Shown here: positions 35,897 through 41,102 of the stretch, one piece after another
Position numbering within the stretch: the stretch's first letter is position 1
Layout of the letters: each line of letters opens with the position of its first letter
NCBI GenBank assembly: GCA_937897575.1
Contig: CALCQG010000081.1
Span: forward strand, 1-41,102
Direction: 5' to 3'
DNA from: an uncultured Synergistales bacterium
GTDB taxonomy: Bacteria; Synergistota; Synergistia; Synergistales; Aminobacteriaceae
Length of the DNA stretch: 41,102 nucleotides
Program-made: the position numbers and the translations under genes
Notes under the pieces: model-generated
What the model was told of the DNA's origin: nothing
Databases searched by the model: none
The model's input: the letters and a program-made list of their open reading frames with translations, nothing else

Positions 35897-37258
35897 ATGG
35901 GTGAAAACGCAGGGGTGACAGGACAGGAGGCTCTCCATCCGGAGAGGACCTTCGACCGGAAGAAGCTGCTGATGATGTCCGTGGGGACCTTCGTCGGTTC
36001 GGGACTCGTATCCCTCATGGGTGTGGCGGCCGCCCGGACCGGGTATTCGGTGTGGCTTTCCTACATGCTCGCCGTCGTGGTGGGTTTTGCGTCGGCTCTG
36101 CCCTATTTCTGCATGTCCAGCGTGATGAACTTCAACGGCGGCGTCTACACCATCGCCTGCACCTTTCTCGGGCACAGGATGGGCGGTGCTTACGTGCTAC
36201 TTCAGGTCCTCTACGCCCTGATCCTGTCCATCGTCGGCACTGGCTTCGGGCTCTACATCCACAGCGTCTTCCCCGCGGTGAGCGCCCAGCTGAGCGCCGT
36301 TCTGGTCCTCGTCGTCTTCTGGGCCATCAACTGTCTGGGAACGAACATCATGGCGGGGATCCAGAAGTATTCGACCTATCTCCTGATAGCGGCCATGCTG
36401 GTCTTTTGCGCCATCGCCTTCAAAGATCTGAACCCAGCGGCACTGGACTTCAGCCACCCGGAGTTCTTCCTGCACGGCAGCGAGGGGCTTTTTGCAGCAA
36501 TGGCCCTCCTCGTCTTCTCAAGCCAGAGCTACGACAACAACGTCTACGTTTTCGGCCGATATACCATAAACCCGAGAAAAAACGTGCCCTGGGGCATGTT
36601 CTCGACCTTCCTCATCCTGCTGATCCTGTATGGCCTGTGCGGCATCGCGGCGGTGGGCGCCGTGGACCTCCAGACCTACGCCGGGAAACCTCTGACGGAC
36701 GTGGCGCGGGCCATTTTTTCCACGCCGGCGTTTATAGCCTTTATCCTCATAGGCCCCATTCTCTGCCTGACGACGACGGTGAACGGTTGCTACTGTGCCT
36801 TCACCATCAGTCTCGCCAAGTCGAGTGAGGACGGGTGGCTGCCCAGAAGTCTGAGCACGAAGAACCGGTTCGGCGCCCACTGGAAGATCCTGACCATCCT
36901 GGCTGCGGCCTGTATAACCCCTGTGTTACTGAACATCAGCATCGGACGGTTGACGAGCGCGACGACGCTTCTCGTCGGACTCTTCCAGGTTCCCCTGCTG
37001 GTCTCCTTCTGGGCTCTGCCGACCAAATTTCCAGAGGAGTTCAAGCGGAGCACGCTGCACCTCACCTCGGGGGTTTACAGGGCGAGCGTGCTCGTTGCAC
37101 TGGCCGCCCGATTCCTGATCATCTATTATTCCATCAGAAATCTGACCATGGCGACGACGGTAGGTGCCCTGATCGTCGCGGCGGCATGTTTCCTGTTCTC
37201 CTATCTGCGCTACGGGACGGGTATCCCCCGCGTGGAGAACAGCTACTTCTTCGATTAA
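35897..37258 (+). CDS. APC-family amino acid permease
   Basis: VGTFVGSG in TM1, GGVY, INPRKNVP and DGWLP...NRFGA motifs; ~12 TMs. Confidence 0.88.
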   Translation: MGENAGVTGQEALHPERTFDRKKLLMMSVGTFVGSGLVSLMGVAAARTGYSVWLSYMLAVVVGFASALPYFCMSSVMNFNGGVYTIACTFLGHRMGGAYVLLQVLYALILSIVGTGFGLYIHSVFPAVSAQLSAVLVLVVFWAINCLGTNIMAGIQKYSTYLLIAAMLVFCAIAFKDLNPAALDFSHPEFFLHGSEGLFAAMALLVFSSQSYDNNVYVFGRYTINPRKNVPWGMFSTFLILLILYGLCGIAAVGAVDLQTYAGKPLTDVARAIFSTPAFIAFILIGPILCLTTTVNGCYCAFTISLAKSSEDGWLPRSLSTKNRFGAHWKILTILAAACITPVLLNISIGRLTSATTLLVGLFQVPLLVSFWALPTKFPEEFKRSTLHLTSGVYRASVLVALAARFLIIYYSIRNLTMATTVGALIVAAACFLFSYLRYGTGIPRVENSYFFD

Positions 37259-37284
37259 GGATCTCATGAAAAAGGAGGCAGCTC

Positions 37285-39096
37285 ATGAACAGCTTCGTGA
37301 AGGTGATCCACGGGAAGCAGCACGAGGAGAACGCCTATTCAGCCATAGCGGCGGTGTGCACCGAACCCCTTGAAGGCAAGAAGGTCCTGCTGAAGGTCAA
37401 CACGGGCTTCAAGGGAGAGGCGCGCACGGGGCTCTGTACCAACCCCGATGTGGTGGCCGGGTTGATCCGGTTTTTCAAGGAGCGGGGCGCGCAGCGGATC
37501 ACCGTGGGGGACAGCTCCATCGTGGGCATCGACAGCATCGAGGCGTTGACGGCGGCGGGCATTCTCGAGGTCTGCCAGCGCCTTGGCGTCTACTGCGTGG
37601 ACCTGAACAGCTTCGACCCGGTGGAGAAGAAAATCCGGAACGGGCAGATGGTGGACAGCATCCTGTTCTCGTCGGCGCTCTTCGACAACGACATCGTGGT
37701 GACGGTCCCCGTCGTCAAGACCCACATGTACACGGGGGCCACCCTGGGGATCAAGAACATGAAGGGGTGCATGTACAAGAGGGAGAAGACAAAGCTCCAT
37801 CGGCTGAGCAAACCCCTTCCGGAGAACGCCCTGGGCCGGTCCCTGGACTACGGTCTGCTGGACCTGACGACGGTCTGCTACGCCGACTACTCCGTGGTGG
37901 ACGGGACGATCTGCATGGAGGGGTTCGGCCCCAGCGGTGGGACCCCCGTGGAGCTCGACGTTGTCCTGGCGAGCCGCGAGCCCATCGCCGCCGACCTGGT
38001 GGCTCTCCGACTCATGGGTATTCCGCTAGAGGACGTGGGGCACCTCAACATCATCTCGAAAGCCAGGGGCGTCTCCTATAACACGATAACCGTCGACCCG
38101 GCGGATTATGAACGATTTGGCAGGAAATTCGTCACGGCGGGGGAGGCGAAGCTAGGCATATCGTCGGGAACCCTCACCATGGAGGACGAATCGGCGTGCA
38201 GCGCCTGCCACGCCGCGCTGATCCAGTTCCTTCGGTACCATCTTCACGAGTTCGAGGGCGGGGAGCCCCGGACGATCTTTGCCGGAAAGGACGTCACGGA
38301 GGAGGCGATTCGTGCCGCGAAAAACCCCTGTCTCGTCGGGAACTGTACTGTGCAGTTCAAGGAGCTGGCCCCCTTCTGCAAAGGGTGTCCTCCTATCCCG
38401 TCGGAGATCACCAAGACCCTCAAGGGTGAGGCGGGGGTGTCCATCCGGTACCTCGGACACTCCTGCTTTCAGGTGCGATCCAAGGAGTACTCCATCCTCT
38501 TCGACCCCTTCCTGAGCCACAACCCACTGGCGGCCGTTCGGGCCGACGACGTCACAGCGACGGCCATCTTCGTCTCCCACGGCCATGATGACCACGTGGG
38601 GGACGCCGTCTCCATCGCGACGCGCTGCGGTGCCAGAGTGTACGCCACAGTGGAGACCGCCTCGCTCTTCCCGCAAGAGATCAAGCTGGAGGTGGGGCAG
38701 ATCGGCGGCGCGATCCGGACGGACTTCGGGCGGGTGAAGTTCCTCCCGGCGCTCCACGGCAGCGGCGTCGCAGGCGGGCTTGCCTGCGGGTTCCTGCTGG
38801 AGATCGAGGGGAAGAAGATCTACTACGCCGGCGATACGGGGCTCTCCGTCGAGATGTCCCTGCTGGCGGAGGAGAAGATCGACGTAGCCCTCCTTCCCAT
38901 AGGGGACCGCTTCACCATGGGGCCCGAGGACGCCCTCCGGGCGGTGCGGATGATCGCCCCGAAGACGGTGATCCCCATGCACTACAACACCATGCCGCCC
39001 ATAGAGCAGGACCCTCTGGTCTTCAAACAGCGAGTGGAGGAGGCCACGGACGCTCAGGTCGTCGTCCTAGACATCGGGGAGATCATGAGCATGTAG
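37285..39096 (+). CDS. Fusion protein: DUF362 domain + Fe-S module (CSAC...GNC...GCPP) + UPF0173-type metallo-beta-lactamase-fold hydrolase
   Basis: KVLLKVN, TNPDVV, VPVVKTH, TLGIKNMKG, VDGTICMEGFGP (DUF362). Then YLGHS, DPF, SHGHDDH, YAGDT, LPIG, IPMHY (MBL). One uninterrupted 603-aa frame. Confidence 0.85.
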   Translation: MNSFVKVIHGKQHEENAYSAIAAVCTEPLEGKKVLLKVNTGFKGEARTGLCTNPDVVAGLIRFFKERGAQRITVGDSSIVGIDSIEALTAAGILEVCQRLGVYCVDLNSFDPVEKKIRNGQMVDSILFSSALFDNDIVVTVPVVKTHMYTGATLGIKNMKGCMYKREKTKLHRLSKPLPENALGRSLDYGLLDLTTVCYADYSVVDGTICMEGFGPSGGTPVELDVVLASREPIAADLVALRLMGIPLEDVGHLNIISKARGVSYNTITVDPADYERFGRKFVTAGEAKLGISSGTLTMEDESACSACHAALIQFLRYHLHEFEGGEPRTIFAGKDVTEEAIRAAKNPCLVGNCTVQFKELAPFCKGCPPIPSEITKTLKGEAGVSIRYLGHSCFQVRSKEYSILFDPFLSHNPLAAVRADDVTATAIFVSHGHDDHVGDAVSIATRCGARVYATVETASLFPQEIKLEVGQIGGAIRTDFGRVKFLPALHGSGVAGGLACGFLLEIEGKKIYYAGDTGLSVEMSLLAEEKIDVALLPIGDRFTMGPEDALRAVRMIAPKTVIPMHYNTMPPIEQDPLVFKQRVEEATDAQVVVLDIGEIMSM

Positions 39097-39132
39097 GAGC
39101 ACCTCGACAGCTCCCAGAGCACACGCACACAA

Positions 39133-39175
39133 ATGACAGCGGCCGGAAGAGCAAATTCCTTCCGGCCGCTGTCAT
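39133..39175. terminator. Hairpin between convergent genes
   Basis: ATGACAGCGGCCGGAAG / CTTCCGGCCGCTGTCAT: 17-bp perfect stem. Confidence 0.75.
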
Positions 39176-39232
39176 AAAAGCTTTGTCTCGGCACGGATCG
39201 CCGCTCGAGGCCGCCGTCGCTTGCAGCGCGAG

Positions 39233-39727
39233 CTAGAGCGTGACGAACGTGATGGATCGGCCTCGCCCTTTGAGCACTCGCTCCAGTTCGGCGAAAGCCA
39301 TGTAAACCGTGGCGGTGTTGTCGTTGGGGTGAACGCCGACAAGGGGTTTCGAAGCAAGGTCCCGGTCGAGGACGACCTCCACGGAATCGCTCCCGTCGTT
39401 GAGCATCCCGAGGGGTGAGACCGCCCCCTTTGTCAGGCCGAGGTGTTTTTGAAGGCGCTCCTCCGAGGCAAAGCTCAACCGGGAGGCCCTGAGCTTCGCC
39501 GCCAGAGTACTGAGGTCTGCCTGCTTGTCATGGCAGAGCACCACGAGAAAATGGCGCTTTCCCGGGGCGTCCCGGAGGAAGAGGTTCTTGCAGACCTCGC
39601 CCCTCTTGTCGAGGCCGAGCCGCTCCATCTCCTCGATGGTGAAGACGGCTTCGTGCTCCTCCAACTCGAAGGCCACGCCCAATTCTCTGAGCTTCTGGAC
39701 CACGTCGTCCTTTGTCAGCATCGTCAT
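39233..39727 (-). CDS. YbaK/ProXp-ala (PrdX-like) trans-editing aminoacyl-tRNA deacylase
   Basis: HEAVFT, KNLFLRD, LSFAS, GAVSPLG and HPNDN motifs. Confidence 0.9.
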   Translation of the reverse strand: MTMLTKDDVVQKLRELGVAFELEEHEAVFTIEEMERLGLDKRGEVCKNLFLRDAPGKRHFLVVLCHDKQADLSTLAAKLRASRLSFASEERLQKHLGLTKGAVSPLGMLNDGSDSVEVVLDRDLASKPLVGVHPNDNTATVYMAFAELERVLKGRGRSITFVTL

Positions 39728-39894
39728 CGCCTCTCCCTCATATTCCGATTACACGACATGCTAGGATGGATGAGAGCAAAAGTCAACGAGTTTTTTAAAA
39801 CGCTGTAATAAATCTCCTTGACCGGGTTTTTGCACGAGAGGCGTATATTGATACCAGAACTTGTCCGATGGGCGAACAAGAGCGGAGAAGCGCA

Positions 39895-40153
39895 ATGAGG
39901 TTTGTAAGACGGGTTTGCCTGTCCGAACGCATCGCGTCGGCCATCGAGGTATTGATGCGCGAGGAGGATCCTCAGGGTCGAAACTGCTTTATCACAGGAC
40001 GAGGCGACGGAGAGCACGGGGTCGTTCATCGGCTCGGACATGATGTTCCACCGCAAGGGCGTTATTCCGTTCATCATGCTCGTGCTGGTGATCTGTTCAT
40101 TCTTTCCCGAAATCATCCTGTGGCTTCCAAGAAAGATGATCGGGGGCGCCTAG
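39895..40153 (+). pseudogene. Chimeric remnant: GntR/FadR regulator fragments fused to the C-terminus of a TRAP DctM permease
   Basis: MRFVRRVCLSERIASAIEVLMREE resembles a GntR N-terminus. In another frame, SFIGSDMMFHR (FCD-like DxxFH) runs into KGVIPFIMLVLVICSFFPEIILWLPRKMIGGA*, a DctM-type C-terminus. Confidence 0.6.
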
Positions 40154-40181
40154 GCGCGTGAATCCTCGATCCGGAGACAGG

Positions 40182-40213
40182 AGAATGGACCGGGTTGCCC
40201 GGTCCATTCTTTT
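40182..40213 (+). terminator. Rho-independent terminator
   Basis: AGAATGGACCGGG-TTG-CCCGGTCCATTCT followed by TTT. Confidence 0.75.
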
Positions 40214-40305
40214 ATCCACTGCACGAGAATTTTGATCCCTTGTCGAAAAGAGGTACACTGTTTCCGACAGGATATTCCTATGACCGAGAGAGAAAAGGAG
40301 AGAAG

Positions 40306-41102
40306 ATGGAGAAGACGAAACGATCGAAATGGTTCGCGGACCGACCCTTTGCTCTTCCCCCGGACAGGGTGCTGGAGGCGTTGGATACGTCCTCGGACGG
40401 GCTTGCGGGGGAGGAGGCACGGCGCAGGCTGGAGGCCGCGGGGCCGAACCGCCTGCCCGATCCGCCGAGGGAGAGTCTGTTCAGGCGTTTCCTCGTGCAG
40501 TTCAACAACCCTCTCATATACATTCTTATCGTCGCCTCGGCGGTGACGGCCCTGCTCGGAGAGAGGACGGACTCGGCCATCATCGCCGCTGTGGTGCTGA
40601 TCAACGCCGTTGTCGGTTTTCTGCAGGAGGGGAAGGCGGAACGCGCCCTGGAGGGCATACGGAAGATGCTCTCCCTTTCCGCTCAGGCGCTCCGCGACGG
40701 GGTGTGGGTGCAGGTGGACGCCGAGGCGCTCGTCCCCGGCGACGTGGTCCGCCTGCGTTCAGGGGACAGAGTCCCCGCCGATATGCGGCTTCTGGAGGCG
40801 ACGAATCTGCGGATCGAGGAGTCCGCGCTTACGGGGGAGTCTCTCCCCGCAGAGAAGGGAACGGAGCCAGTATCTTCCGATGCCGGCGTCGGCGACAGAA
40901 AGAGCATGGCCTACTCCGGCAGCCTTGTCGCAAGCGGCCAGGGGATCGGCGTGGTGACGGGAACGGGGATCGCCACAGAGCTCGGCGCGATCAGCAGGAT
41001 GATTCGCGATGTGGAGGAGGTCGACACGCCCCTTATCCGCCAGATGAAGCAGTTCGGGAAGGGACTCTCCCTTATGGTGGTCGGGCTTGCCGCCGTGATG
41101 CT
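40306..41102 (+). CDS. Cation-transporting P-type ATPase (type II, Ca2+/Na+-like); N-terminal part, runs off the window
   Basis: Read by hand: MEKTKRSKWF...EARRRLEAAGPNRLP...QFNNPLIYIL...QEGKAE...LVPGD...VPADMRL...ESALTGES. Confidence 0.92.
   Translation, partial: MEKTKRSKWFADRPFALPPDRVLEALDTSSDGLAGEEARRRLEAAGPNRLPDPPRESLFRRFLVQFNNPLIYILIVASAVTALLGERTDSAIIAAVVLINAVVGFLQEGKAERALEGIRKMLSLSAQALRDGVWVQVDAEALVPGDVVRLRSGDRVPADMRLLEATNLRIEESALTGESLPAEKGTEPVSSDAGVGDRKSMAYSGSLVASGQGIGVVTGTGIATELGAISRMIRDVEEVDTPLIRQMKQFGKGLSLMVVGLAAVM

Overview
A GC-rich (~65%) chromosomal window from an anaerobic amino-acid-fermenting bacterium. Gene content suggests Synergistota, but that is inference. It holds about 33 real genes: transporters (MFS, CPA2/Kef, NhaC, EamA, CstA, TAXI-TRAP, APC, P-type ATPase), a selenocysteine peroxiredoxin with an in-frame UGA and SECIS hairpin, an EEP-cardiolipin synthase pair, a complete lplA-gcvT-gcvH-gcvPA-gcvPB-lpdA glycine cleavage operon, an NrpR-family regulator and several enzymes. 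I saw no rRNA, tRNA, CRISPR array or intact mobile element. Best leads: (1) an unannotated locus at ~20.07-20.98 kb with a strong promoter, a GGAA-N6-TTCC NrpR-type operator and two tandem 30/36-aa single-helix membrane peptides with long structured leaders; (2) a 'glyA' whose motifs fit alpha-methylserine (D-alanine) hydroxymethyltransferase, plus an alanine racemase with substituted specificity residues; (3) an Lpd with an NADP(H)-type fingerprint; (4) a DUF362 Fe-S / metallo-beta-lactamase fusion in an operon with an APC permease; (5) an SRPBCC protein with a metallothionein-like tail and a 13-aa repeat whose copies differ only synonymously; (6) a GntR-TRAP deletion scar that leaves a chimeric small membrane ORF.
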